DNA of 42,746 nucleotides, taken from NCBI GenBank assembly GCA_016235675.1, contig JACRJN010000162.1, forward strand, positions 1 through 42,746, read 5' to 3'. This document shows positions 25,961 to 36,492 of the stretch, piece after piece (the first letter of the stretch is position 1; every line of letters begins with the position of its first letter). A program made the position numbers and the translations under genes. A model generated the notes under the pieces. It was not told the DNA's origin. It was given only the letters and a program-made list of their open reading frames with translations, and searched no databases. This DNA is from Candidatus Schekmanbacteria bacterium. Lineage in GTDB: Bacteria > SZUA-182.

Positions 25961-26694
25961 TACTTATTCTCTCCTTGAATTCGGGCAAGCATTTCCCGGT
26001 CTTCTTCGTTTAATAAACATTTTCCCAAAAGCTCCGGCCTGCGTAACCAGGTGCGTTTTAACGCCTGATAGCGCCGGAAAAGCTGAATTTGCTCATGATT
26101 TCCCCCCATCAAAACCTGGGGAACCTCCATCCCTCTGAAATTGGCGGGGCGCGTGTAGTGGGGGTAATCCAACAACCCGTGGTAAAACGAGTCTTCCGCC
26201 GCCGACTGATCATCCCCTAAAACGCCGGGAATCAGCCGAACCGCGGCTTCCAGCAATATCAGCGCCGGCAGTTCCCCACCGTTTAAAACGTAATCGCCGA
26301 TGGAAATTTCCTCGGTAGCCAAATGCTGCGCAACCCGCTCGTCCACACCCTCATAACGTCCGCAAATTAAAAGCAGATTAGCACACGCCGCCAAATCTTT
26401 AGCCTTTTTCTGATCAAAAAGCTCACCCTGCGGACTTAAAAGAATAATCCGCTCCACCGGACGCTGCGCTAAAACCGCTTCTACCGCGGCAAATACCGGT
26501 TCCGGTTTGAACACCATCCCCGGCCCGCCCCCGTAAGGGGCATCATCCACCTGCCGGTGTTTATCCTTGGTATAATCCCGGATATTATGCACCTGATAAC
26601 TGAACAACCCCTTTTCCTGTGCCTTCAAAAGGATGCTCTGGTTTAAAACCGAAGCGAAAAGGGAAGGGAATATAGTCAATATATCGCAATGCAT
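25960..26694 (-). CDS. trmD: tRNA (guanine37-N1)-methyltransferase
   Basis: MHCDILTIFP at the N-terminus and the SPQGE motif. Confidence 0.9.
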   Translation of the reverse strand: MHCDILTIFPSLFASVLNQSILLKAQEKGLFSYQVHNIRDYTKDKHRQVDDAPYGGGPGMVFKPEPVFAAVEAVLAQRPVERIILLSPQGELFDQKKAKDLAACANLLLICGRYEGVDERVAQHLATEEISIGDYVLNGGELPALILLEAAVRLIPGVLGDDQSAAEDSFYHGLLDYPHYTRPANFRGMEVPQVLMGGNHEQIQLFRRYQALKRTWLRRPELLGKCLLNEEDREMLARIQGENK

Positions 26695-26700
26695 TTAAGT

Positions 26701-27216
26701 TTAGTCTAATCCTTCCAGAAGGTTTATAATCAAGCGCTTATTCTCTAAATCCACCTGAAGGATTACATCCTTGATTGCGGGCAACAGATATTCTTTTCCA
26801 TGATCCTTGACTACATAGACATCATTACTGCCAGTGGAGAAAATATCCTCCACTTTCCCCAAATGCCGGGCTTCTTGAGTATAGACATCCAGGCCGATAA
26901 TCTGGAAATAAAAATAGCTGCCGGGGGCAAGCCGGATCAAATCCTCAGATTTGACCGCCAGCTCCGAACCGGCCAGCGTCCCGGCTGTATCGACGGTATC
27001 ATAACCGGCAAGTTTCACAATCACCCGCCTTTTATGATACCAGACCTTTTCCAACTCACATAATTGGGTCGTCCCATCCCGTCTTTGCACATAAACAAAT
27101 TTCAAGCGCTCAAATCTGCCGGGGTCTGCGGTCAGCGGTTCGAGCTGCAACTCACCTTTGATCCCCTGGCATTTGACGATTTTACCGACCACCACCAAAT
27201 CAATATTGCCGCGCAA
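26701..27216 (-). CDS. rimM: ribosome maturation factor RimM
   Basis: Conserved operon position and the expected size. Confidence 0.8.
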   Translation of the reverse strand: MRGNIDLVVVGKIVKCQGIKGELQLEPLTADPGRFERLKFVYVQRRDGTTQLCELEKVWYHKRRVIVKLAGYDTVDTAGTLAGSELAVKSEDLIRLAPGSYFYFQIIGLDVYTQEARHLGKVEDIFSTGSNDVYVVKDHGKEYLLPAIKDVILQVDLENKRLIINLLEGLD

Positions 27217-27447
27217 CTATTCTAAAATCTCCAAAACCGCACGTTTGCGTATCTTAGTCGCCGCCGCATTGAGAATGGTACGCATCGCCCTGGCTGTACG
27301 TCCCTGTTTCCCGATGACCTTCCCCAAATCCTCTTTCGCCACCTTTAACTCAATCACCGTGGTCTTCTCACCGTCAATTTCATTTACAGATACCTCCTGG
27401 GGTAAATCAACCAAAGATCGGGCAATATGTTCAATCAACGCTTTCAT
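27217..27447 (-). CDS. KH-domain RNA-binding protein
   Basis: [13 protein letters not shown] motif. Lies between rpsP and rimM. Confidence 0.75.
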   Translation of the reverse strand: MKALIEHIARSLVDLPQEVSVNEIDGEKTTVIELKVAKEDLGKVIGKQGRTARAMRTILNAAATKIRKRAVLEILE

Positions 27448-27517
27448 GCGCCTGTACCTCCCGGTTCCAAATTAAGAGTTGTTCATAACAGCCGGAGTAA
27501 TTTATCAGTAATAACTT

Positions 27518-27763
27518 TTACTGAAGTTGAGCCGCTTTAGCCAGCAACTGCCGAACAGTCTGAGTAGGCTGCGCCCCTTTTTGCAACCATTCATCAGCTT
27601 TAGCTTTATCGATAGTGACTGCCGCCGGATCGGTCTGCGGATTATAAGTCCCGACGCAATCCAGATAACTGCTGCCGCGGGCCTTACGGGAATCAATCAC
27701 GACAATCCGATAAAAAGGATTCTTATGGCTACCCTTACGAGCCAGACGAATTTTAACTGCCAA
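27518..27763 (-). CDS. rpsP: 30S ribosomal protein S16
   Basis: MAVKIRLARKGSHKNPFYRIVV. Confidence 0.9.
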   Translation of the reverse strand: MAVKIRLARKGSHKNPFYRIVVIDSRKARGSSYLDCVGTYNPQTDPAAVTIDKAKADEWLQKGAQPTQTVRQLLAKAAQLQ

Positions 27764-27790
27764 GAAATCACCTCCTAGATTAGTATTATT

Positions 27791-27948
27791 TTAGCCACGA
27801 ATTTCACGAAAATTCACGAATTATTTTTTTAAATTCGTCATTGCGGGCGAAGCAAAGCAATCTTTACACGTACGTCCGGAGATTGCTTCGCTTCGCTCGC
27901 AATGACATTTTCTTTCTTTCGTGCCTTTTCGTGTAATTCGTGGCCACC
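27791..27948. repeat. MITE-like element: family D core flanked by inverted cacgaat/attcgtg-rich arms
   Basis: Arms ttagccacgaatttcacgaaaattcacgaa and ttcgtgccttttcgtgtaattcgtggcc. A solo arm occurs at 20485-20512. Confidence 0.7.
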
Positions 27949-27951
27949 CTC

Positions 27952-29286
27952 TTACGAAAAGACCGGTAAGCGGAAACCCTTACCCTTCTTTTTCGCCATC
28001 TGACCGCGCATCTGCTTCATCAACTGCGACGTTTGCGTAAATTGCTTGAGCAGGCGGTTGACCTCCTGAATGCTGGTGCCGCTGCCTGCGGCGATCCTTT
28101 TGCGCCGGGAGCCTGAGATAATCTTATGATTGCGGCGCTCCTCCAGCGTCATGGAATTGATAATCGCCTCGATGTGCTTTAAATCCTTTTCCTGGGGCTG
28201 CACCCCTTGCAGCTTTTTAAAAGGCCCGATCTGGGGAAACATCTCGAAAATCTGTTCCAGCGGCCCCAACTTTTTAATCTGCTGCAACTGCTTTTGGAAA
28301 TCATCCAGGGTAAAATCCTCCTCCCGCAGCTTGCGCGCCATTTCCAACGCTTTTTCCTGGGAGAATGTAGTCTCGACACGCTCTACCAGGGAGACTATAT
28401 CGCCCATGCCTAATATTCTGGAAGCCATCCGTTCAGGGTGGAAAGGCTCCAGGGCGTCCAGCTTTTCCCCTACCCCGATAAACTTGATCGGCTTCTGGAT
28501 GGTTTCTTTGATGGATAAAGCCGCCCCGCCGCGGGCATCCCCATCCATCTTGGTCAAAATCACGCCGTCGATCCCGACGGCATTATGGAAATTCCGGGCG
28601 ACATTGACCGCTTCCTGTCCGGTCATGGCATCGGCTGCCAATAAAATCTCATGCGGGGCGATAAAACGCTTTATATCTTTCAGTTCCTGCAACAGGTCTT
28701 CATCGATATGCAAACGCCCTGCCGTATCGACGATAATGACATCCTGCTCGTTTTCTTGCGCAAAACCGCGGGCTTGCTTGCAAACGCCGACCGCATCCGT
28801 TTCGGCGCTGTAACAGGTCAGATTCAATTGACGGCAGAGGGTTTTCAACTGCTCCACCGCCGCCGGACGCCGCACATCCGCCGCTACCAGCAAAGGGTTA
28901 TGCCCATTTTTGCGCAGCATCAACCCTAATTTACCACAGGTGGTGGTCTTGCCGCAACCCTGTAATCCCACCAGCATAATAACCGTCGGGGGATTAGGCA
29001 GCAGCGTCAGGCGTCCTTGATTCTGCCCCATCAGGGCTACCAGCTCTTCATGAACGATCTTGACCAGCTTTTGACCGGGGGTGATACTCTCCAAAACCTC
29101 CTGCCCTACCGCCCGTTCCTGCACCCGCTGGACAAAATTCTTGACGACTTTAAAATTGACATCGGCCTCCAAAAGGGCTAACCGCACCTCCCGCAGGCTT
29201 TCCTGTATATTTTCTTCAGTCAACCGTCCCTGCCCGCGTAATTTCTTCACTACGGATTGTAAACGGTTGCTTAATTGTTCAAACAA
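27952..29286 (-). CDS. ffh: signal recognition particle protein Ffh
   Basis: GLQGCGKTT Walker A motif, DTAGR motif, and a Met-rich C-terminal M domain. Confidence 0.95.
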   Translation of the reverse strand: MFEQLSNRLQSVVKKLRGQGRLTEENIQESLREVRLALLEADVNFKVVKNFVQRVQERAVGQEVLESITPGQKLVKIVHEELVALMGQNQGRLTLLPNPPTVIMLVGLQGCGKTTTCGKLGLMLRKNGHNPLLVAADVRRPAAVEQLKTLCRQLNLTCYSAETDAVGVCKQARGFAQENEQDVIIVDTAGRLHIDEDLLQELKDIKRFIAPHEILLAADAMTGQEAVNVARNFHNAVGIDGVILTKMDGDARGGAALSIKETIQKPIKFIGVGEKLDALEPFHPERMASRILGMGDIVSLVERVETTFSQEKALEMARKLREEDFTLDDFQKQLQQIKKLGPLEQIFEMFPQIGPFKKLQGVQPQEKDLKHIEAIINSMTLEERRNHKIISGSRRKRIAAGSGTSIQEVNRLLKQFTQTSQLMKQMRGQMAKKKGKGFRLPVFS

Positions 29287-29401
29287 AGGATAATCTCTCC
29301 TTATTATAACCTAATAAGCTTAAGTATTTTAATTTAAAAGCCTTTTCGTGTCAAGAAAATTCCTAACTTTGTCGTAACCCTTCACTGAAGGATTACCAAG
29401 T

Positions 29402-29599
29402 GAGGTAGTTGCAAAAGTCCCCCGAAGTGTCATTCCCGCAACGATTCCCCGTTTTCACGAGGACAAGTTTGAGCGGGAATCTGGTTTTATCCCCGATAAC
29501 TTCATTCGGGGATGACTGCTTGAAAAACCATATCCGTCCCCGAAGTTTTTATCGGGAATAAAAACGTTCGGGGATGACAGATACTTTTGCAACTACCTC
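29402..29599. repeat. MITE family F with 17 bp terminal inverted repeats (gaggtagttgcaaaagt / acttttgcaactacctc)
   Basis: Internal motifs atcgggaatctggtttt and cattcggggatgacag. Copies at 36345-36470 and 37912-38048. Confidence 0.8.
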
Positions 29600-29625
29600 A
29601 AGTGTCAAGCCAAAATAGCCATGTT

Positions 29626-32217
29626 CTACAACCACCACTTCCGCAAGCCGATTTCCACCACAAAAATAACTAAAGCCAGCCCCAGCAAATATTGCCAGAC
29701 GGGGGTGAAATGGGCGGTTTTTTCCGGGGCGGACATCAGGATTTGATTGCTTTTGGGGTTGAACTCCCCGCCGCTGACCTTGGCCACCCGGCGCAATAAT
29801 TGTTCATTGGGGGTGAATTTAAGATGCTCTCCCAAAAACGGCGGGATGACGATGGCGCGGGTAAAGCGGGTGACGGTCGAATTTGCCACCTTTTCCCGCA
29901 AACTGATGATAAAACGCCCGATCGTCTCCGTGCGAATAATCCCGCGATATTTACCCAGGCTGATGCGCTCCAGCGCTACATGCTGTTCTTTACCGCCGGA
30001 GGGAGCGGCATAAACCGCTAATTCTCCCTGGGGGGCGTTCTTTTCCGCGATATTGACGGTAAGCTGTGCTCCTTCCGGGATGCGCTGCACCTGGATCTTC
30101 GCCCAATCGGCGTCTTCCTGTCGCAGCATATAGCGTACCGCCTGCACCCAGAATTTGCTGAAGCTGTTCCAGCTTATCCATTGGGTCGCCCAGCGGGGAA
30201 CGACGTCCGAGGTATAGGCGATGGTTACGCCGAATCCGTAACGGTGATGCGCCAGAACCGGATCGCTGAACCCCCTGGCCTTGGAGACCAATACCATATT
30301 GGCCGCCGGCTTGGGTTTAGTCACCATATAACCTTTGAGAGGCGGCAACTGAGCCGCATCGATTCCGGTAATTATCGGGCTGGAGGACGCGACTTCCGGG
30401 GTGAAAGGCTTTTCGATAAACGGGGTTTTGGATATGGCATCCTCCAAATCCGTGACGAATAATTCCGGCAGTTTCTGCATGTCATCCGGCTGATGAAATA
30501 AACCCCGCCCCTCACGGGCGATATTGGTCAAAAGCTTGGCATCAGCCTCCTGCCCCAAGGCCAGGGTAGAGATGGTTATCCCGGCGGCGGAGATTTTGCG
30601 CGCCAATTGTTCGAAGCTTTTATCTTTATAGGTGCGCCCGTCGCTCAAGATCAGAATGTGTTTGATTTGTACCGGAGCCTGTGCCGAAGCTGAGCTTGCA
30701 TTTTGCAGTAAATCGTAGGCGTGTTCTATGGCTGGATAAAGATTGGTGCCCCCTTTGCGCGCCGCAAGCATCCCGATTTTGGTGGTCATATCATCCCGAT
30801 TGCCCCACAACATGCGAAAACCGGTCACATCCTCATATTTGGAATCGAATAAAACCAGCCCCAGCATATCGCTGTCCCGCAATTCCTTCATAATCCGGAC
30901 CGTGGCTTTTCGGGCCATATCCATCTTCATCCCCTCCATACTGGAAGAGCGGTCGATCAACACCACCAGCATCACCTGTTTGAATTTATAGGAGACGTTC
31001 TGATCCATATTGACCGGCAGAATTTCCTCCAGCGGGGTCTTATAATAACCGCCGGAACTGAAGCTTTCTTCCCCGCCCAGCATCATGAACCCGCCGCCTA
31101 AGTCGGAAACGTAGCGCTTGATCATATTCATCTGGGCCAGGCTGACCGCTTGGCGCGGGACATTGTTAAAAATCACCCCGGCATAAGTGCCGAGTTTGGT
31201 ATAATCCTGGGGGAATTGATTCGCGGTCGCGACCTCCACTTCCAGGCCGTTACTGCTTAAAACCTGGGCTAAAAATTCGCTCTCGCCGCTTTTGCCTTCC
31301 ACACACAGCACCTTGGGTAGATCGCCGATGACGGTTACCGCCCCCATCGTCTCATTATTTTGCTGGTTGGTGTCATCTTCAGCGCTGACTTTTGCCGTGT
31401 AAAAAACCGGGCCGACGTTGTTTATTACCTGAATCCATTTATGAACGTTCAGACCGGGCAGCAGATCGGTGGGATCGCTGACTACCTCTTTATCCTCGAT
31501 GTATAACCGGATAACGGTGTTGACCCCATTCAGATTCAGGTTGTTGATGTTGACTTTGACCTCGAAAGCCTCACCTTTCTTTACCTCCGAGGGCAGACTC
31601 ATTTCCTCCATCACGATTTCCCTGGTTTCGGCTACCGGCGGGATGATGGGATAGATGGGCAAACCCCGCCCTCCGGCGGTACGCGCCGCCGCTACTAAAT
31701 TCCCGACGTTTTCGTTGCCGTCGCTTAATAAAATGATGCGGTTGGTATCTTTGACGGAGGCCATGGATACAATCGATTCGATCCCGGCGGCCAGATTGCT
31801 GAAATCCGGATTGGGGGTTTTGGCGGGCGGGTTTTTCAGAAAATCCTCCAATTTATCCGGATCGGACAACTCCAGGACGGTTTTGGTCTCGCGTCCACAC
31901 AGCGCTACGCTGACTTTAGCCCCGCCGGGCAGGGAATTTCCGGTACGAACCATATAATCCTTAAACCATTGCTTTTGGCGCGCCGTGATACTGTTGGAAA
32001 TATCCCAGACCCAGAAAAAATTCATATTTCCCATCCGCCCCAGGGAAATCTCCAGTCCGGCCAAAGCCAGAATCAATAAAATCCAAATCAGAGTCCGCAA
32101 GCCGTTGAAGGTGTAATACTGAGAGGGGCGGAAATAGTCCCGTCCCTTTCTGGAGATAAACCAGCTAAGGGGGATCAGTATTAGTAATATCAGGTAATAT
32201 GGGTATAATATTCTCAT
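29626..32217 (-). CDS. large membrane protein with N-terminal double-TM anchor, two VWA-like domains and a C-terminal TM helix (BatA/BatB-like)
   Basis: VWA motifs VLIDRSSSM and ILILSDG, plus hydrophobic segments at the N- and C-termini. Confidence 0.55.
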   Translation of the reverse strand: MRILYPYYLILLILIPLSWFISRKGRDYFRPSQYYTFNGLRTLIWILLILALAGLEISLGRMGNMNFFWVWDISNSITARQKQWFKDYMVRTGNSLPGGAKVSVALCGRETKTVLELSDPDKLEDFLKNPPAKTPNPDFSNLAAGIESIVSMASVKDTNRIILLSDGNENVGNLVAAARTAGGRGLPIYPIIPPVAETREIVMEEMSLPSEVKKGEAFEVKVNINNLNLNGVNTVIRLYIEDKEVVSDPTDLLPGLNVHKWIQVINNVGPVFYTAKVSAEDDTNQQNNETMGAVTVIGDLPKVLCVEGKSGESEFLAQVLSSNGLEVEVATANQFPQDYTKLGTYAGVIFNNVPRQAVSLAQMNMIKRYVSDLGGGFMMLGGEESFSSGGYYKTPLEEILPVNMDQNVSYKFKQVMLVVLIDRSSSMEGMKMDMARKATVRIMKELRDSDMLGLVLFDSKYEDVTGFRMLWGNRDDMTTKIGMLAARKGGTNLYPAIEHAYDLLQNASSASAQAPVQIKHILILSDGRTYKDKSFEQLARKISAAGITISTLALGQEADAKLLTNIAREGRGLFHQPDDMQKLPELFVTDLEDAISKTPFIEKPFTPEVASSSPIITGIDAAQLPPLKGYMVTKPKPAANMVLVSKARGFSDPVLAHHRYGFGVTIAYTSDVVPRWATQWISWNSFSKFWVQAVRYMLRQEDADWAKIQVQRIPEGAQLTVNIAEKNAPQGELAVYAAPSGGKEQHVALERISLGKYRGIIRTETIGRFIISLREKVANSTVTRFTRAIVIPPFLGEHLKFTPNEQLLRRVAKVSGGEFNPKSNQILMSAPEKTAHFTPVWQYLLGLALVIFVVEIGLRKWWL

Positions 32218-32287
32218 TGGTTTTTGTTATTTAATATGAATAATTGTAGGGGCGGGGTTTCCCCCAATGCTGTTGATTTAAGGAATT

Positions 32288-32369
32288 GTCATTGCGAGGC
32301 AGTCTTATCGCCGAAGCAATCTCCAACCGCTCGATACCAGAGATTGCTTCGCTTAAGCTCGCAATGACA
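32288..32369. repeat. family D element copy
   Basis: gtcattgcgagg...agattgcttcgcttaagctcgcaatgac. Confidence 0.8.
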
Positions 32370-32371
32370 TT

Positions 32372-32430
32372 TGATGTTTCGGGTGTGTCCTCACACCGAA
32401 ACCGTAAAGGGGTAACGTTCCCCTTTGAAG
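32372..32430. repeat. family C element copy
   Basis: tgatgtttcgggtgtgtcctcacaccgaaaccgtaaaggggtaacgttcccctttgaag. Confidence 0.8.
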
Positions 32431-32514
32431 CCCTGCTTTCGGACACTCACCAAACCCGGTAGCCGGTAGCAGACCTAAAGGTCTGCGCTACATATAAATG
32501 CCTTAAGTTAGCGC
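32431..32514. repeat. family A' partial copy
   Basis: caaacccggtagccggtagcagacctaaaggtctgcgctacatataaatgccttaagttagcgc matches 19080-19140. Confidence 0.8.
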
Positions 32515-32518
32515 ATAT

Positions 32519-32576
32519 GCCGTAAAGGGGTAACGTTCCCCTTTGAAGTTTCGGCGTGGGGACACGCCAACACCCC
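32519..32576. repeat. family C element copy
   Basis: ccgtaaaggggtaacgttcccctttgaagtttcggcgtggggacacgcc. Confidence 0.8.
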
Positions 32577-32579
32577 AGA

Positions 32580-34442
32580 TCATGCTTTAAAATACAACCA
32601 CCATTCCGCCAACAAACAAACCATTCCCGCCAACAGGAGAAAACGCCATAATTCGTAAGGGGTTTTATTCGGCCCTCCCGGTTTTTTCTTGGCCGCTGCC
32701 GCCGCTTTATCTTGGATCGGCCTGCCGTGAGATTCCAGATTCGCCTCATCTTCGGCCAATAAATTAGCCACAAAGCTATAGTTATTGATGCTCCCCTGTG
32801 CGTCTTCCGCCCGCACCTGATAAACCCCGATATAACCGGTTTTATCGTAATTAAATACCTTTTTACCCGGATGAAAAATCTCTTTTTCGTTTCTGGGGTT
32901 GATGACGGTAACTTCTTTTAAAACCTGAGGGAATTTGAGGGTATAGGGTTCGCCGGTTTTGATTCGGTCTCCCTTATATTCTGCCGAGGCCAGCCAGTCG
33001 ATGCTGTTTAACAGCAGGATAATGGCGCGCAAGTCCTGATTTTCGGTAAAAAGCATGGGCATCAAATCGAAATTGAAAACTAACTGGCGGAAACCGTCCT
33101 CCTCCCCCCAAAAGGCCAGGGGGAACTGGGAAGTCCCGATCAATAAATTCCCCCATTCGGGCAGGCGGGTGTCCATGGCTTCTTTTATTATCAATTTGTC
33201 CAGGAAATCCAAATATTTGAGCGTGGGATGCTCCCGATCCCAATCCAGAATATTGGGCGCTGATACCGGCTCTTCCATGGTTTTCCACAACTCATGTCCG
33301 TTTGGTGCGCAAATAAAGATGGAATCGATGGGTAAAAGCCGGGTGGGTGCCGATTGATGGAAAATGGCCAGCCGATAATCGGGCAGCAATTCCGGACTAA
33401 ATTCCTCCGGTCTGATACGCCGGAAATGGATTCTTCCGGTGGCCTGCGCCAAACGGGCAAAGTCCTGCTCCGCCTGATCGCTGGGGGTCACCAGCAATAC
33501 CGGATAGCTGCCGCCCTCCTCTAATTTCAGGTAGGCGACATTATCGAGGGAAAGAACGTCGTCTGCCTCCAGTTCGGCCTTGAGAATACCGCGGGTATTT
33601 CTGATTTTAAGCGGATAATTTTGATAAGCGTTGGGGGCTAAAGTCATTTGCGTGCGGTGGATTGATTCATCGTTCAGCCAAACGTTCAACCAGGTTTTCT
33701 TTTCCCTGGGGCTGAAATTGGCTACCCGGATAAAGGCCGTCCGTTCTTCTCCCGCATAAATTCCCCGATAACAGTCCAGCCCGGTAATCGCCAGATTATC
33801 GCCGTCGTCATTTACATCTATATGGGTTAAATTTTTAGCTAAGGTATCATCTTCGCTGACCCATTCGCGGTTGTCGCTTAATAAAAACACCCTGCCGCCC
33901 GGATAATCCCGCAACAGGGAGTGCGCCATTCCCATCCCGGCCTGGGTATTCGTCCGCTCTTCTTTAGGCTGGATGGCTTGAATGGTTTTGACCAGTTCCG
34001 GTTTTTCGGTGTTAAAATCGGCCAAACGTTTGGCGTCTCCCGCCACCTCGATTAAAGCCGTGCGCAGATTGGGGCCGGATTGGTTCACCAGTTCCAGCGC
34101 CTTCTCCTTGGCGATTTCCAGGCTGCTGCGTCCGTCTTTATGGACAGCCGCCATGCTAGCCGAAGAATCGATAATGATTACCTGATACTCGACATCCACA
34201 TTGCGCAGCCAAAAGGTACGCGTTAGCGCCAGCGTACCCAAAAGCACCATTAGTAATTGGAGCACCATTTGCCAGTCGATCCGAAATTTTTGCGCTTCGA
34301 AGGTCTGATCTATGGAAAGATAACGCCAGGGGATGATGCTGGACACATGCAGGACGTGCTTTTTCTCACGCCAAAGGTAAAACCAGATGATCGGCGCAAG
34401 CAACGAGGCGAAAACAAATCCCCAGGGATTGAAAAAACCCAA
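32580..34442 (-). CDS. BatA-like VWA membrane protein (N-terminal double-TM, VWA, C-terminal TM)
   Basis: VIIIDSSASMAA and LLSDN VWA motifs, plus hydrophobic segments at the N- and C-termini. Confidence 0.55.
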   Translation of the reverse strand: MGFFNPWGFVFASLLAPIIWFYLWREKKHVLHVSSIIPWRYLSIDQTFEAQKFRIDWQMVLQLLMVLLGTLALTRTFWLRNVDVEYQVIIIDSSASMAAVHKDGRSSLEIAKEKALELVNQSGPNLRTALIEVAGDAKRLADFNTEKPELVKTIQAIQPKEERTNTQAGMGMAHSLLRDYPGGRVFLLSDNREWVSEDDTLAKNLTHIDVNDDGDNLAITGLDCYRGIYAGEERTAFIRVANFSPREKKTWLNVWLNDESIHRTQMTLAPNAYQNYPLKIRNTRGILKAELEADDVLSLDNVAYLKLEEGGSYPVLLVTPSDQAEQDFARLAQATGRIHFRRIRPEEFSPELLPDYRLAIFHQSAPTRLLPIDSIFICAPNGHELWKTMEEPVSAPNILDWDREHPTLKYLDFLDKLIIKEAMDTRLPEWGNLLIGTSQFPLAFWGEEDGFRQLVFNFDLMPMLFTENQDLRAIILLLNSIDWLASAEYKGDRIKTGEPYTLKFPQVLKEVTVINPRNEKEIFHPGKKVFNYDKTGYIGVYQVRAEDAQGSINNYSFVANLLAEDEANLESHGRPIQDKAAAAAKKKPGGPNKTPYELWRFLLLAGMVCLLAEWWLYFKA

Positions 34443-34550
34443 AGTAGATACTCCTGTCGATTTTATGGGCGCAGTTTTGTAGGGTGGGCTGTGCCCACCA
34501 AATTTGCCGGCCTGACATTATTTATACCGGTCAAATAGCAACCAGGAATA

Positions 34551-34607
34551 GCCGTAGTGCCAGGGCTTCAGCCCTGGAAATTCAGCCCTAAAGGGCTGGT
34601 ACTACGG
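34551..34607. repeat. family B palindromic element copy
   Basis: Near-identical to 10941-10995. Confidence 0.8.
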
Positions 34608-34656
34608 AATTCGCGAATTCTATTTTCAATTAATATGCAGCTTTACTTTACCGCTG

Positions 34657-36309
34657 TCAACAAATTTCCGCAGATATAAACCGCTTATATTGCATTAACA
34701 GTCCGGCTTGCAACTCCGGACTCTGTAAATGCTGCCAGGGAAGTGTTTCGCTAGGTGAGCGCAGGCGGTATGGATAAAAATCCATATTAATGGATTTTAA
34801 GGCACAAGCCCAATTGCCGTCCGAATTATGGGCGGTGAGTAATATTTTGCCCAAACGCCGGTCGCCGCGGGAAAGTAACCCTTGCAGGGCGGCCTGGCGG
34901 GGCGATTCACCGATGATTTTGATATTGCCTTCCCGCTTTAATGCCTTTCGGATAAAGAGCTGTTTAGCCTTCAGCGTTTTTTCCCTTTCCATGGGCAGCC
35001 ATTGCAAGGGGGTGTGGGGTTTAGGCACGAAGCAGGAAAGGCTTAAGATTATATCCCCCATTTTGCCTCTGGCGCGGGCATATTTTAAAAAGATTTCTTT
35101 TGCCTGTAAAGCCATAGCGATAATTGCCGCTAAATCCTCTGGATTTTCCGTAGGTAATCCCAGCATAAAATAGAGTTTTAAATTCAGAAAGCCGATTTGC
35201 GCCGCCGCATCAATGGTTTTAAACAGGGTTTCATCGCTGATGCGCTTATTCAGCAGATAGCGTAACCGCTGCGAACCCGCTTCCGGGGCTAAGGTAATGG
35301 TGCGCTGTCCGGTTTGGAAAAGAGTTTGCAGTAAATCGGTCGAAAGGGAATCGGCGCGTAGCGATGAGATGCTGACGGGTGTCGAACCTTCCGCTAATTT
35401 CCGGCAAATCCCGGTCAAATGGGGATAATCGGTGGCCGCCGCACCTAAAAGGCCGACCTTTTTGCCCAATTTTTGAGCCTGTTCCGCCATAACAAGCACC
35501 CGTTCCAGGCGGCGGACGCGGTAAGGTTGATACAGAGCCCCCAGCAGACAAAAACGGCAGCCGTGCGTACAGCCGCGGGATAGTTCGATCAAACAGGTAT
35601 CGGCAAATTCCGTATGCGGGGTAAATATTTGAGACGCGCCCCAGACTTCATCCAGGTTGCGGACTGCCCGGGTTTGTAAAGGATAGGGCACGCCCGGATC
35701 AGGGGTTATTTGGGTAATGTTCCCCTCGGAAGAATATTCGATATGATAGAATTGCGGCACATAGATTCCGGGAATTTGGGCTAGGCGATATAAAAGCGTC
35801 TGTTTATCGGCTCCGGCCTTGCGCCCTTCCCGGTAGGCGTCCATCAATTCATCCAACAACCCTTCCGCTTCCCCTAACACGAAAAGGTCGACAAAATCGG
35901 CCAGTGGTTCGGGATTCATGAAGGCGCAGATGCCGCCGACAATTATCAGGGGGTCATCGGCGCTGCGCTGGTTTTTTTCCGGTGCGATTCTGCCCGATTT
36001 GAGCAGCTTCAAAACATTTAAATAGTCCAATTCATATGAAAGGGAGATGGCGATAATATCGAAGCGGTTTAGGGGATGGCCGGATTCCAGGGCAAGAGGA
36101 GAGACGTTTTCATCCGGCAGGCAGAAGCGTTCACAGAGGGTATCCGCTCGAAGATTGAGCAACCGGTAAACCAATTGCCAGCCCAGATTGGACATGGCGA
36201 CATAATAACTATTGGGATAGATTAGAGCGACCTTGATTTCGGCGGTAACCTTGTGGACGACGCCTTCTTCCGCAGAAAAGGTAATATCATTTTCCTGATG
36301 AATTGTCAC
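34657..36309 (-). CDS. B12-binding-domain radical SAM protein (uncharacterised family)
   Basis: CTHGCRFC (Cx3Cx2C) motif, preceded by a Rossmann-like N-terminal domain. Confidence 0.7.
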   Translation of the reverse strand: MTIHQENDITFSAEEGVVHKVTAEIKVALIYPNSYYVAMSNLGWQLVYRLLNLRADTLCERFCLPDENVSPLALESGHPLNRFDIIAISLSYELDYLNVLKLLKSGRIAPEKNQRSADDPLIIVGGICAFMNPEPLADFVDLFVLGEAEGLLDELMDAYREGRKAGADKQTLLYRLAQIPGIYVPQFYHIEYSSEGNITQITPDPGVPYPLQTRAVRNLDEVWGASQIFTPHTEFADTCLIELSRGCTHGCRFCLLGALYQPYRVRRLERVLVMAEQAQKLGKKVGLLGAAATDYPHLTGICRKLAEGSTPVSISSLRADSLSTDLLQTLFQTGQRTITLAPEAGSQRLRYLLNKRISDETLFKTIDAAAQIGFLNLKLYFMLGLPTENPEDLAAIIAMALQAKEIFLKYARARGKMGDIILSLSCFVPKPHTPLQWLPMEREKTLKAKQLFIRKALKREGNIKIIGESPRQAALQGLLSRGDRRLGKILLTAHNSDGNWACALKSINMDFYPYRLRSPSETLPWQHLQSPELQAGLLMQYKRFISAEIC

Positions 36310-36344
36310 AAATATGGCCTATAGCTTTAAGAACTGTGTAGCAA

Positions 36345-36470
36345 CTCCCATTTTGTCAGTCCCGAGTGCCGTTATCGGGAATCTGGTTTTTTTAAATCAA
36401 ATCAAATCAACACCAGATCCCCGATAAAGGCATTCGGGGATGACAGTGTGTCTTATCAACTACAATATGA
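36345..36470. repeat. MITE family F copy
   Basis: gttatcgggaatctggttttttt...cattcggggatgacagtgtgtcttatcaactac. Confidence 0.75.
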
Positions 36471-36492
36471 GGTAAAACGCGGCATGGAAATT